A stretch of DNA of 64,000 nucleotides, taken from contig CM082587.2 of the NCBI GenBank assembly GCA_040954595.2, forward strand, positions 7,181,705-7,245,704. Reading direction: 5' to 3'. Made by a program: the position numbers and the translations under genes. This DNA is from Balanoglossus misakiensis (Eukaryota > Animalia > Hemichordata). Positions 25,201 to 40,200 of this stretch are shown piece after piece; position 1 is the first letter of the stretch; each line of letters starts with the position of its first letter. The notes under the pieces are model-generated. The model was not told the origin of the DNA. It did no database searches and saw nothing but the letters and a program-made list of their open reading frames with translations.

Positions 25201-28200
25201 AACTGTGTTTTTGTGCTAATTGAACGGAGAATTTCTTCTCCATCCGTATTGTGTGTGCATCCAAGACGGATGCCTTGTCACTAACAGGCGATTAGCATGG
25301 TCTCTGATCTTGCAGTCTGGTCTGAGAAATGAGTGGATCTTTTAATTTTACATCCAATACTAAATTTCAGTACACACGTCACTCCCTCTAATTAAAGTCT
25401 TAAACTTTCTCTCATATTTTGCTTGAGGCAATTGTGGATTATTCTGTCTTAAAATGGAGAATAACAATTGGGGGTAACCATGCAACATTTAGGGTGAGAG
25501 AGCCATATTGACTCAAATTTCAAATTCAAAATGGCCGCCAACCTCTGCGTTACTTGTCAGTGATTTCTACGAAAACATGTTGGTGAACACCCTACTTTTT
25601 TGCTTTCTTTTTAAAAAGGCTCTTCACATTAATATAGCAAAGAATTGAAAGATTTGGATGACGTTTTTTTTTCTGAAAATATGTTCCAGAGCTGCAGACT
25701 ACAGTACCTTCTATTGTATGGGACACATTCTTCTGTGTGATCTGACTGCCTGAAAGTGGAGTTTGAAAGCATGTGAAATTAAACACACACTGTGTTAGTG
25801 TCGGACATCTAGGGTAGAGTAATCCCTACCCTATGTGTGGTGTAGACATGTTTGTTTGTCACAAGTTTTATTTCTTAAAAGTTGAAAGTGTACTTAAAAA
25901 TTCTGTAGTCATCTTGATTTATGCGTTATTTGTACATGGCTACCAGCTGTAATTCAAGTAGACTTCTCACATAAAACAAGCCCTACTTGTAGCAAGACAA
26001 ACTGCACTTTTGCCTATATGTACATGTTGATCATATATTTTGTCAAGTCCTACAGCCATAATGTGTTGTTGTCCTGTGTTTGAAGGTATACGGTCACCTA
26101 TGCAAATTTAGCTGTACAGTTACCATGGCAAATTGAGATCTAGCCAATCACAGATTTTCAGTGGGTGGCACACGCGGAAAAAAAAGAGCGCCACCATATG
26201 TTCTTTAGAACACTCAAATACACCATTTCAGCCAAATATGGGCGTATTTAAATTGGAGGTGACTGTATACCTTTAATTTGGGGAATACATGTAGATTCTT
26301 ATTCTGTCCACTTGAATAAAGGAGTGACCTGAAGGGAAAAACCATCACATCTGGTTTTGTATTCTAAAATAGACTAGTTTTATCTTTTTTTCATATAGAG
26401 TGCTATTTAGGTGTATACGTGTGTTTCAACAAATTTTTGGCTTTAAATACCGTGAGTCATGACGCGTCTGCAAAAGAATGTTCCACGTCACTGTGTTTTT
26501 AATATAAAAATAAAAAAAAACTTTCCCAGTGTATGTTTGCTCACATTAGTTTGCAGATTTGTACGTTCTTGTTGCCCAGCGCTTTTCCACCTGAGTCCAT
26601 GCAGTTGCCATGGAGACACCAGTCCTGGATATCAATCCAGTCAGCTTTCTGCTACACAGCTGGTCAGAAGTGGTTTTTCGGAATTGTCTTTTGGTTTCCA
26701 TGCCCAGACGAGTATGCTTCACAGGAATATGAATGATGAGCAGTGATTTTGTCCACTGAGAAATTAAGCAGTCACTCACATTATTAATCCAGCAAGGATT
26801 AAGATGATTTGTATTCTGGGGAAAAATAAGAATATAACCGTGGAAAATGATAAGGTTACCGTGTGTTCTATTTATTCACCCGTTGTGGTTTTTCTGATTT
26901 GTCATGTGTATGGCTAATCGGTTTATGATTCTGTTCACATAACCTGGAAAGATTAAACCCCTTTTTTTATGGAACACAGCTTGCGATGCCCTGATTGGCT
27001 GGATGACCTCACATGGGGTCATGTTACGGCTCTGGTAATTGGGTTCATTACAAGCTGCCAAAGGTCAGTGACCTCTTGACAGAAATTCATACGGTGCAAA
27101 CAGAACAGCCAGATTGTCTTGTTTTTTTTTGTGCTCAGGGGGTTTGTAAGTCCAAATAAATAACAGTGTGTGATCAGACGACACATGTTTTAGTCGTGTT
27201 TTATTGTGGGAATTTCTTGTGCGGTGAAAGTTTGGAGGTTGTACATAAAATTATGATGACTCATAGAATTTAATTTTCTGTAAAACGTGCTGTTTTTGCT
27301 TTGTTTCAGTATCAGAAGTGTTGTCAAATGTTGGCAAGCAAGGGAATTATCATGATAAAATTGTCATATTGGGAATTTTCACACTGTGGAATAGTGCTAT
27401 GGAGTGTACATGTAGGCATCCGCACTGCTTGACTGACTGGCTCTCCAATTTTCCTCCTGGTAGAGTCTGGTGCCTGGGGGCGCTTGCAAACAGACATTGT
27501 ATTGTTCCCATGAGAAAAAGAAAGGGTCACGGGTGAGTGAAGTCAACAACCGATCGATCGTACCCACCCCTATAAAGTAATCAGTGTGTAATTAAACTTC
27601 CCCGGCAATTTTACATCCGTACTTACTTGTGTTCAACAAATGATCAATGTTTGTGTTTATAACAGTTGCTTATGTAGGGAGGGACTGTGTGGGAAGTATA
27701 CATGTGTAGTTGGCTCATTGTAAGTCAACTTGTGCATGTACATGTACATGTATCTCTCAGCCAGACCTGTACCAATCTGATTAAAATCAGATGTAGGGAA
27801 CGGCGATGTGTTTTTTTTTATGTAGTGTGAGGCGACAGCATAAAAAAAAAACCAAGTCTCCGTTCCCTACATCTGATTTTAATCAGATTGGACCTGTACA
27901 AGACCATTCTGACAGATATTGTACATGTACATGTAGGTACCCATTTCAACGAACGGTACCAGTACTTACATGGAAAGGAGAAGGTTTGCCATCTCCATGT
28001 CTGAAAGGATATTATCAGTGTGTACACAATTATCTTTGTAGGTCTCCACTTTTTTTTTGTCCGGAAGTTATGAGTACGAGTCTAATCATACATATTGATA
28101 ATTTAGTCTCTGCTGCTTTGAGAATTGTTAAAAGATCCCACCATTGATACTGAGTATCGTACATTTATGCCCCCTGGCAAGATATCGCGCTACTGTCATT

Positions 28201-31200
28201 GTATTTGCGAAGCAGTTTCCTCCGACTGATGCAAACATCATAGATATTTCGGATTGAGGCCAGATTTAATTTTAAAAATCGTTGTTGCGGAAGAAAAGGG
28301 TTAATTATACCTGCACACTGTTTCACCTTGGATTTGACTTGGCGCCCAATCACTGTAGGAATCACGTTTTGTGACTTGTTTCAAAGGAACACCGACGAGG
28401 TAATGATTCTCTACTGGAGTTCTGTTAAGTATAATCTCCAGTTTCGAATGTAAGCCTCTCCGGTTTTGACCTGGAAGCAGTTTGCCCTCTGACACATCTC
28501 TGCGCACAAGTCGCGCTTGCTGTTTTTGTAGTGAAATACCAGCGATTAGATTGTGATGAAATGAGTAGCTACATGTACACTCAACTGGTGCTACATGTAG
28601 CTGAGTTTTGCCTCTGCAGTTGAAGTCAAGATGGCGTACTGGATCATGGCCCTGCCGGTGTTTTAGATCCGACTTTCAATCCCAAACAGAGTTGTTGAAT
28701 CTAAGCCACAGATCATGCTGACTGGCTGACAAATTTAGCAAATAATCTAGTTTAGCCATCAAAGGGGGCGCGTTCTCGGGAATCAACACGTGAGGCAAAG
28801 AATTGAAGGGTTTCAGGGAACGACTGAAGCCCTTGCATTGAGTTCACGATAAACGGTCACACATAGCAAGAGATGCAAAGAAGACCTGTATGTGTGATAA
28901 ATTTCAATTTGATATCCGTCATCTGTATGCCAAAGTCAGGCCCGGTGGGGATTCCGGGCGTAAATTAATCAGGAGACTGGTCACACTTTAGATTCAGAAC
29001 TCAATGCAGTTGTCGTGGTGTGTACATGAATTTAAATTTGACTGAGGCTGGTCGTTGAATGTTGAACAGAAATATATAATACAGTAAACTTAACAGGATT
29101 ATATAGGCATGACTTTGCAGCCATTGATTGAGCCCATGGCATTTTGGGTAATGAATTGAAATTTGGTGATGAAAATTTTGAAGAATTGTTTATAATATAA
29201 AATAAAAATACATTTCAACTTTCATTTTTGTGGTATGAATAATGTAGAACACAGTCATGTACAGGTAGTTGCATTAAAGGGTTTGAAGCTTGTTAAACAA
29301 TGACCTTGATGTTTTATCTACACTGAGGATTGATGGCTTTAATAGGATTTGTGAAATATGGCATTGAAGGGGGGGGGGGGGTTGTTAGGTTGATCGTATC
29401 TCTTATATGAAGTCTATCCCATAGCATTGGTGATTCGAACTGTCCCTTCCAATGTGGAAAGCAGTTATACTATAGTTTCAGCAATCTTGGATGAAACTTC
29501 TGTTCCAGTACAAATCTTTCTGAGACGCATTCAGCAATTCTGTGTACAACTATCATTTCATTCATCTTTTTTTCTGTTTTTTTCTTCTCTAAATATTTAC
29601 TAAATTTCTGGTTAAGTTGACTTGCTTTATTCTTTGGTTGACAGCTTCAAAGTTCCAAGTTTCATCGGCAATTATTCAGTGTGATCGTAACAGATAGTTT
29701 TCTGCTACAAACACATATGTATTGTGTACAATGTACACCTGGGAAAAGCAGGTGCAAATTGGTTGGATGTGCCCCTCTGGGCTACGTCTGTTTGTCTGTC
29801 AGAGCAACACAGCCCAGACAGGAAGCCATTTATAATTTACATGGACGATCTGCTGGCTGTGCTAATTGCATTGAATGATATTCTTGAGGGACAATTGGTC
29901 AGCGGTTGCCATGGTTTTAGCAAATTCTCGTTACATTGAACAAGATGATTTTATAATGCTGAGATCTGCAAGGTTAATAGTCTGCCCTTGTGGAATACAC
30001 TGAGTGAGGACATACCGATGGTGCAGCTGTTTCACTAAAAAAAATTGTCTTTAATGTGCATGCCATAATCTCCAGCATCAGTCATTTGCTTCTCGGAGCC
30101 TGAGAATGCCTACGGTATTGTACTTTATGAAAGAAAAATGTAATTTGACAACATATAATCTGTTTTATGTGCACAAGAGACTGATGCTGACTATAGTGTA
30201 TAGTTATACACTGATGGAACATGTACAGTACCAACTGAATGATGGCCATAGTACTGTATAAGAGTTTGGATTCCAACTGAGTTGGTTCGGGCACAATAGT
30301 AGTGTATGGTAATCTTTAGACTCTCTCACAGCCCACAGTTTGCTACAACAAGGCTCTTCACTGACGCACCCTCAACTGTTTGGCAAGGGAGAAGCACCGG
30401 TTGGTGTTGTGTAGCAAACATACATGCAATCAGACCATAAGCCTGCACGGACAGCGAGAGGGGTTGTGAGAGAGTCTAGGTATTCTTGTGCTATCCCCTC
30501 ACACTACCGGTACATGTACATGTGTCCAACTCCCATGGAAGCTCGCGTTCAAATCTCGCCCTTGACTTGGTTAGTCAACCAATCAGAAGGTGCCTTACAC
30601 TTTACAGTGCCATACATATACATTGTGAATATTTGTGCCTTTTGACTTCACCGTGGGTGTCGTGAAACGTCTAATTACGAGTAGATTATCCACACTTTTT
30701 GTAGAGGCAGCCATTGTAATCCTCTTAGAAACGTATCATTTCTTTATCCTCCTTTGAGTTCAGAGGAATCCTGTGATATCCTGCCCAGTAATTCTGGGAA
30801 AAGCTAATGAAAATGTCACTTGGTATTATGGCTGTGTCCGGAGGAAGGATAATGCTTTTTGTGGGTCATGAGGAATCTGAGTAATGGCTGTGAAGATTGG
30901 ATTGGATTTAAAGGATTTTTTTTTTTGGCGAGAAAAAAAAACAGTCTGCTTTTGTCCAATAGGGCATCAGCCCTTGCATTGAGTGTCGTTTTATTCTGTT
31001 TTCCTGCAAACTGCAAATGCGTCTGAGAGGGAACTCTAGATTCTGTTGTATTGGTACTTCACATTTCTCCAAGGAGTGCCATGATTACACTCTCGATGAA
31101 AAACTCCAATGTGAACGACCAGACCACACTCGACGGTAGAGTAAAGGCTTTGCTTTATATTATCACTCAGCAAGGTTCTAGACAAGCTGGATTCTACACG

Positions 31201-34200
31201 GTTAAGTCCACAAATTTGACAAAAGTCCTGGCATTGAGAACCATTCCATTCTGTAAAAATGGAAATTTTTCCCCATATGCTACATGTATGATTGTAAAGG
31301 CCCCCCCTCTCCCCAAATTACTACCCAATCACTCTTTGACCTGGAACCTACAAGCATTGTTATTGCATGATGCGATGACTGCATGATTTCATGTAGACTG
31401 TATCATTGTGTGATGTTTCTGTTTAATGAAGGACAGGTAAGGTACTTGTGTAGATTCACAAGTCAAATACAATGTAGCTGCGCATAATTATTTTCTAGAA
31501 TTCATTTGACAAAACAGCAGTGGTTGTGGGCCACTTCGCACTTGTATGTTGACAAGTGAAGTAATATAAAAATATCGACAAAATAGCAACGTTACAGCTA
31601 CTGTACCATTAATCCTTTGAGTCCAGTTTGAATTTGAAAGGTTAAAGGTCACCAGGGAGTCAGGATGCAAACGTTAATGAAGAGAACATCAAGTTTTTTT
31701 TTTAAAAAGCATATTGGAGAAAGAGAGATAACCATTAACATATAGGACACGTTGCAATTCGCCTGATATCTGCTACTCCGCTACTCTGTGAACAAGATGC
31801 AACCATGGCAACCAAACTTGAAATTCTATACGGCCCCATTAACACAGTCAATGTGTATGTGGCAGGAATATGGAACAGCATGCGTTTTCCACGAATTATA
31901 ATTCTGTGTAGAAAACACCATGAGGGGGGAAATAGGGCTAAACACTAATGGTAGCCTGAACAACATAATTTTAAAAACGATGGCAGTGTAAGTAGGGGAT
32001 ATTAAAAACTTCAGAAAACATCAATGATCAGTTTATTGGATTGAGGAGAGAGGCGATTTCCATGTGCGTGTAAAGTGATTTTTCGTGATAGTAGTACATG
32101 TAGATAATGTGAGTAGTGGATAATGTGATATAGGAAGGTGTTTAAGGGAGTGTTTCGTAGAATTTGAAGGAGCACATTTTGGCTGTAGGTAAACTGTACC
32201 CTATCGCAATACTAGAAACTCGGATCGGATTGTGTCTCAAATTCACTGGTATATGAAACATAGATGAGCTGCCTAATCTCTGCCTCAGCTCTTCAGAACT
32301 ATTTGAATTCATTTCTTAAAAATAAGATGAATATCCTGGGATTTTTTATCAATATTTTCCTCAATTATTTTTAGAAATTTGATATTTCAAAGTGTGGAAT
32401 GATTTTTTGGGGAAGATCACTTCCCATATGGCGTATCTTGTTTCTGCGGGCAATGATTCTATTCATGAATCAGTGGATTTTTCTAGACATGCAGAAAAAT
32501 ACCTCAGTAAAAAAACCCAGATAAGATACAAACCTAGAAAGTTAGTACGTACTTTGTTATCATTCAGGATAAAAAAATTCAAAGCATGCTCAGATAAACT
32601 ACTTGCCTGTATTGTCCAGTGCTGTTGATATGGCACTGGCAGTTTGCAATCCGAAAATAAGTTCTCTTTTTATGAAAAATAGTTAATATATCCGTATGAA
32701 TAAAATAATATCTTATCAGTACTATAATGGAAATGCTTGATTCAGGTTACCAATTGTAATTTTAAGAGTGATATTAGAATAAAAGTATGGTAATGATTGC
32801 TTTTCAATTTTTATAGTTGATGGTTTTTCAACCATAAAGAGATAAAATGATTAATTTGTTTTGCTGTCCATCATGAGAATGGCGATTTCTTTTTGTGTGG
32901 TTCAGAAAGGTTGAATCTAAGAATTTAGCATCTTCTGCACTGTTTGCACATGAATTAAAGCCTCAAGAGCTGCCTCTTTTTGCATTATTTTACTTTCCAA
33001 CTTAAATTGATTCGTCTAAATCAGCTTACTGATACAGATGTAAGGTATACATGAACATCTTATAGACGCAGATTGTGGCTGTATGTTGCAATTTGAACGA
33101 GTGATAAACTGGTATCACACCCGTTTAATCAGCCTCCATACAAAGAGTACACAACTACTGAAGTTTGCATCGCCAAGAGATGACAAGCTGATGCAAATAC
33201 ATTGTCATACAATAATGGTGAGGATTACCCAAGCCTTTGCAGTTCTATGTCTGTCAACTTTGATTTTATTGTCCACGTCTGTGCGTAAAGAATAATTACT
33301 GACGACTTGTTGTCGTGCAGTGGTATTGTCTAGTAATTATTGTACCCTATGGTTCCCACCGCTGCCGTATGTTAGTATTGCTAACTTCTTGCGTGTGAGG
33401 ATGGGACAATATGGCAATGCATCACGCCAGTGGCTGATACGTGGAGGTAAATGGAAAAAGACAGGGCTAATGCCCGGCTGTCGAATACTTTCATGTTTGC
33501 TATGTTGTTCCGCCAAATGGTTTGTCATTTTGGGATTGAGGAATACTGTTGCAAAACCCCCATGACCTCGATGCGTGATCTGTGTTGTACAGAAGTCTTG
33601 AGTGATGCCATGAATTTTGCTGTGCAGTGTGGAAAAACTTATTATTTTATATATTTATTTTTATCCACATAAGGTACATGTAAGCTTTAAAAGCATGCAA
33701 CTCAAAATATTCATGATTATAATATTATTTTGGTATTGAATAAATAAAAAAAATTCATTTCTAAATGTATGGTAATCACATGTTTTTGCATGTTGGCGAA
33801 AATCTCAAACAGTTTTATCATAGTGAAATTCCCCAGGCTGTTGCCCATAACCATATGATACCTTTCAATCTTTTCTGAAATTGTTTTTCCTACTTCTATT
33901 AAATTCATTAATTGTATGTTGTTATATCACTTAAAATTGTACAAAGAAGACACATTTCGATATGCTCTGTCGGGAGAGTGTATTAAGATAGAATAAAAAA
34001 AACTGAGTCTTGTTGTTTCTGAATCATTTCTGTGGGGCTTGCACGAGTGAGTGATTATATTTATTGGAGTGGGCGTGGCTTACCGTGTCACGCTCAGGCT
34101 GATTGGCCGATTTTCTGCTGGTTTGAGGAAATTGGCAAGTGACACGCAAAAGAGGCAGTCAGCATAGTGGAGTTTAATAGTAGCAATACCGGCTGTGCCA

Positions 34201-37200
34201 TGTGGATGTACGTACATTCGCTGCGGTTGCAGGCATAGGCTGTCACGCATTTCGAAGAGATTGTAGCCGTGGTGGGAGCGATGGTGATGACAGCGAGCGT
34301 CGGGGGAGAGTGATGAGGAAATCGTGGCTGCCATGAGGCCCATGCATAAACTCTGGCTTCTGTGCCGGGGTTGTTTCCACTGCACCAGACGTGCGATTCA
34401 AACCGGCCGGGTGGTAAGCTCGTCTCACCGTTTCAAGATCTTTTGACGTCCCCCTCCTTTCCCGCGTTCGCCCGGTAATATTCATCGCCTGTTTAGAATG
34501 TGAAGGGTGTGTAATTAAATTCTGGTTTGGCAGCTGTACACTCGATGCCTGCCAGTCGCTCTTCGTTAGTGACACTTTAAGCTGTCTGGAGTGTATCACC
34601 ACCTTTTAGTCCGTCGTGTCACAACCCTAGCATGTAATTTGTTTTGTTTGAACTTTTAATTACTGTAGCGGTCCAATGCGTCCCTGCTCAGTAGTGCATC
34701 CTGGGACAAGTGATATAGTCAATAGCTCACCCTTTCAGTTATTGTTGTTCAGAGATTATTTCTGTTGTTCTGCCTACTGAAGTGTACTGAAGTGTAATTT
34801 GTTAGAACTCTGGTTATATATTGTTGGGATAATGTGTGATTTTTTTCAGTGATATCTACCTGTAATACTGTGGTAGTGTACTGTATACTTGTACTTCAGT
34901 CAAAGTAATAACTCTTTACACATGTATTTCACGTTAAAACAGTGTGGGGGTTATTATGGGGAGTGATTTGACATGTTTCAGTCCGAAGAACACCTGTATG
35001 TCTCTCACAGTGTAAATAGTTCCACATTGCCATGTAAAGTGTCCGTCTAGCTTTTGCTGTACATACAGAGGCCAGTGATAGCCATCGGGTTTCAATCGCA
35101 AGGCATGTATAAACAGGAGTGAAAATAAATAACCTCTCAGATAAATCAAAATAACCGGAATAATGTAGGTAACATGTGTCGTCTGAAGGTAAGCCAGAAC
35201 ATATTTCCCACATATGAATTTTGTTTTCCAGTCTTTGCATGTATCAACAGCAGGGGGGTACACGTACATGTAGGGCCACTGTATTCTGCATGTTTTAAAC
35301 CTGAGTTCAAGTAGAGACAGAGAATACAATGCAATTTTATGAGGCCTTGTTGATCACATAAAACTGCCGGGTGTATACGTACATGTAGGTGTTTGCTGTC
35401 AGGTAATATCAGCTTGTGTCTGTTGTATGACTGAAATATTTTAAAACGTCTGTGAACTGACCCTTCTGTTGTTTTACTTGGAAATGATAACAAATCTACA
35501 AGATATGTAATGAAATGTGTAAAAGTATTGAGTTTAGAGTTTGTCATTACATGTGTATCATGTGTAGGATGGCGTATATTTGACTATAGATCTGAAGTAT
35601 GTGCCACTGTGTGAATAGGTTTCGTCTAGCAACACAAACATTCCCATTCTGAAAGCATTTATTATGTCTGAGCTGGTATAGAACATGGCCTGAAGGCAGT
35701 TACAAAATGTAATATTGCTTTCAAATGAGAAAGGTGGCATTTTTACCGGTACACATGTCTATTACAAGATTATTTCGTACTCTTCATCTTTATGTCAATT
35801 TTGGACATTTATACTCATAGTGAGATTTAAAAAAAATTATAATGATAAACTGACAGTTTGGTATACATTAACCAATACTGTATTAAGTCAATTGTTTTAG
35901 GAAGCTATTTTGTAAATAGTAGTCCGTATCCTAGAGCGTCGTGCTGAGGGTGCTCACTGCTGTTTGAGATGGCAGTTTGACTTTGAATTGGCCTGATGTT
36001 TATAGATCAGTAAACTCCGTACATGATGGTCATACCATCCCCAACACCAGCTTGTATTGCTGACAAAAGATGTGGTTTAGAGGCAGGGAAAAAAATTGAA
36101 TGTTGTCCAGTGAACCGAAGCCTGCATATTATCCCTTTGGGATTGTAATACTCAGATGGTCTACCAGCATGCAACAATGAAAAGAACAAAATAATTCTAT
36201 AGATATTATTAGACTTCCATTATTGGAACTCTTTCTATGCAGTTAACTGGTGCAAGTGTTGCTGGCCTTGTAGTCACGGCATTCTTTTTAGTGGAATAAG
36301 GCCGAACGGTAACACGACTGTGCTACTGTAGCCTCAGGCTGGCGAAAATTACATTGCACACTTCTCCTGTTTACTCGAATTCCACCTGATTGCCGAGATT
36401 TAAATCTTGAGATGGGTTTTATCAGGAACCCTGTCATTATCAAAGAACCCCCCCCCCCCCCATGCACACACACGCACACACTTACACTGATGCATACTTT
36501 GGACTTTGCTATTTGATTTTGCCTACAAAACACGTAACCGGTACCTCAGATTTGGTGTAGGCATGAAAATTTAACAGTCATATCGCAGGGTTCTTGCGGA
36601 GCGTTAAGATCGAATGTGAGTGGGACATTGTGCAAATCTTTACTTGTTACATTTATCCTGATCGTATCTTGAAATCCCAAAGCTGTATCGACTCATTGAG
36701 AATCTTGACATGAGTTTTGTCTGAAATCCATTCATTTATCAGAGAACTCCCATACTGACACATATCAGTACAATGTACGTGGACAGGACTTGTACTGTTT
36801 GATTTTGTGTACCTACATTTATGTAACTAGTAGATCATGTATGGGTGTGGTGGGGGTGTTTGGTGAGAAACTGGCTTATCCCGGAGATTCATGGGTAGCG
36901 AACACTACAATTGTAGCGTACATGTAGGGACAGAGTTAAATCCGTAAATTTGTACGTGGGGAATTGTCTGCCATATGATATACCTGTACGCATCTGTTAG
37001 AGTAATGTGAGAAATGCATTTAACAGTAATTGATCACCGGGCCGTAGCAACTGCTGCTAAGGTGAGGCAAGAGAATATTTGAAAAGGAGTACGCACGCTT
37101 CAGGCTGAGATGAAGAGAACGGAATAAAGAGGAGGGAATGGAATTCCGGAAGAAAAATGGGAAAGTGTGTGTCTGTGAAAGGGAAAAAATAACATTTTGT

Positions 37201-40200
37201 AAATGAAGACAGCAGTTTAGTTATTAACGGTAGCAAAATAACCAATTATGATAGACTGGAAAGTGTATTTATTTGTGATGCAACATTGTGCAGCAGTTTC
37301 CATGGCTACAGAATCTACGCAGCGTGTGCAACTATTTCCTGCTGTCCTTTCGCAGACAAAAATTGTATGCAAAGTAACAATACTGATAGAATAATTTCTT
37401 TTTCCGTTTTCTTCTAAGTGAGCATTTAATGAGAGGATGCTTAACTTCACGCTTCTGATAATTAAATATTCGGACACTTCTATTGGAATAAGCTGTCTCA
37501 TTATTCATAATGTTTGAAACGCTCCAGACCGGGAAAGGGGGATATTATTACTTTGTATTGTTTCAAAAGTTTTATTCCACTTCTTGTAAAAATCAATGAA
37601 ATTTCAATCTCAGCGATCAATGCTTTTTTTTTTCTAATTCTGTGTTCTGCATGGGAGGACCTCATTGTGGTAATAATAATTTCCTCTTTAGTGGGAATAT
37701 TTGCACTTATTACTGGAGTAATTGAGGTTTTGTTTTGCTCAGTTAGCGGTAAAACCGTATGAAGAGAAAAAAAACCCATAATCATAGCAAACAAAGGAGT
37801 CCTACTCCAGGCTGTTAAAGTGATTTTGTTCTCACGGATCTCTAGTAGATTTTCCAAATACACAATGTATAATACTTCAACAAGACATTCCATTTTATGT
37901 CTGTTTGGAATATCAACTACCTAATCCAGAAAATGTTGATTAAAATGACCACAGGTCACTTTTTTGTGGTGATAAAAGTTTTCATGTTTCTAAGGAATTA
38001 CAGTGATAGTGATAGGTTGTTAGATCACAAAACTTTTACATATATGTAAATGTTTGGAAGCTTTTACGAAAAGTGTAGTAAAACGTTATTTACATTGTAT
38101 GATGGTTATATTTTCATCCTATGTTAATAGGACACAGTAACTTGATAACATTGAAACATCTGATATCAAATTCAGATACTGTTTCTCATTGTATGTGTAC
38201 CACTTATAGCAGTGCTTGAATTGAAAAAAAAAAATCCGAAAGGCTAGGAGGCATGGTTTGAATTTCAGTGTTTCCAGGACAAGACACAACCCTACATGAA
38301 TAGAATATTACTTTAGGATGGTGTATGTAGTGAACATGATATTTTCTGCTGAATTTTCCAGTGCACTGCTACGCTTACTGGTAATACTGTCATATTTGAT
38401 GGTTCAGATGAAGAACTGGCTGACGACAGAATCAACCTGAGTACTCTGTCTTTCAAACATGATGTGTATAGGAAATGTTTAAATTCATTCATTCAGTTTC
38501 CTGAGAGAATATATCTAAAATGGTTCTAATGTAATAAAAGTCATGATATCACGGTAATATTTTTGTGTAATGTATAAACTTGTGTAATGGTATAGACCTG
38601 CATTTGCTTTGAGTGTACCAACCTATAATGTACTATATATGGCCTTGAATTACTTTGCCTTCTAATGCGAGTTCCAATCTAGGAACACTGACTGACAGCT
38701 ATAAATGTCAGAGAAAAAATAACATGGATTACGCGGCCTAGCCCTATTCATGTGCAGATATTAATTATACATGTTTCAATCTAACAAACTGTGTTTCAAT
38801 CTGACAAATTGCGTTTTATGGCCGAATGATGGATCAATCTGTCCGCCTCTCTGCTGTCGCTGAGAAGATTGGTGTTGCCCTAAAGTGGTTTTTGCAACAG
38901 CACAAGTAATTCAATAAATAATCGATTGGCAAATTGAATATCTCCAATAACCACAGTTTGATTTTGATGGTGTTTACGTTGCGCGTTATTGAATGCAAAT
39001 TTAGCCGAGAAGGCGTAACTCACAAGCTCTCAGTTGATGTGTTACAGTGTAAAAATCCACCAGTGATGCAGACCGGGTACTTTACCCGCACACATCCACC
39101 GAGCCCTAGAGTTGGTGTAAATTCATCCAGTGTATGTTTGCTGATTTGCCATAGACAAAATGATCCCATGGTGTGTAGTATCACTGTGTAGCAACTGTTT
39201 CGTGAAGGCTAGGATTTATGTTTCTGTGTTTTGTTAATCGTGATTGTATGTTGGATCGTGTGTGACAGCCTGTGTCTGGATATTGTTCCCGGCAAAATGA
39301 TAGGAAATTGCAAGTACACAGTCAGTTGACAGGGCAAATATGGACTTGTCTCAGTTCGTGCGAGTTGCGTATTTGTTCGAGGCTGATGTTTCAGTTCCAT
39401 GCTAATGTGGCTTTATGGCGAGGCCAAGCGTGACTGCCGATTCATAATGGGGGAGGAAGTCGCTTTTTGAAAAGCGTCGCCCGGTGTGTGAGCGACTGCC
39501 ACTTTTGTGCTGAGATTAGGACGCAGCTGAAAAACGAAATGAGGAAGTGAAATAAAGGGCTCAGTGGGAAGAGACTCCGGTGGAGGGGTGGTTCGGGGTT
39601 TATTGGGAAATATTCACGGATGAGCGACCATGTTTGCAGGGAGAGGCGCGGAATTGATGGAGAGGGGTCGGAATGAAGGGAGATGCCCAATTAAGGGAAC
39701 GTAGTGATGTGTGAAAATGAGATGACAAGTTGGTTATATTATAAACTTGGCGCGGGCGGGTGGGTTCAGTGTGACAAGGATTGCTGGCAATATCCTAATA
39801 TGTGTTGAGTGTGCGGACAGGAAGATCCTTGGTGCAAGGCAGACTCTGATTAGATGGGTTTGATGAATTGGTAGACTTTGACTGCACGCAAAATAACAGG
39901 AAAACCAGGGCTTTGCTATGTGCACTACCAGGTTTTTTTATATTTCCCAGTTCTATGTTTAATGTGGTTCAAGATTACCCAATTGTAATTGTCATTTCCC
40001 CCCTATTTTTTGACGAAACCCCCCCCCCCCCACCATTTTTGACATGGTAATTAGCTTTATGTTGAGTGACAATAATTATCATCAGACCTGATTTTATGTC
40101 ATATTAACACAAGGCTCACCCTAACTAGACTATTAAACTTGCGCTGATATAAAAAGCTTTATTGAAGTGCACTTCAAAATCTTATTTTGGCTGATTTGAA

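Noticed and set aside
31413-31436. Short ATG-to-GTAAGG phase-0 segment (MFLFNEGQ) as another DIPK1 first exon
   Set aside because: Poor start context and no promoter-like features; could easily be chance.
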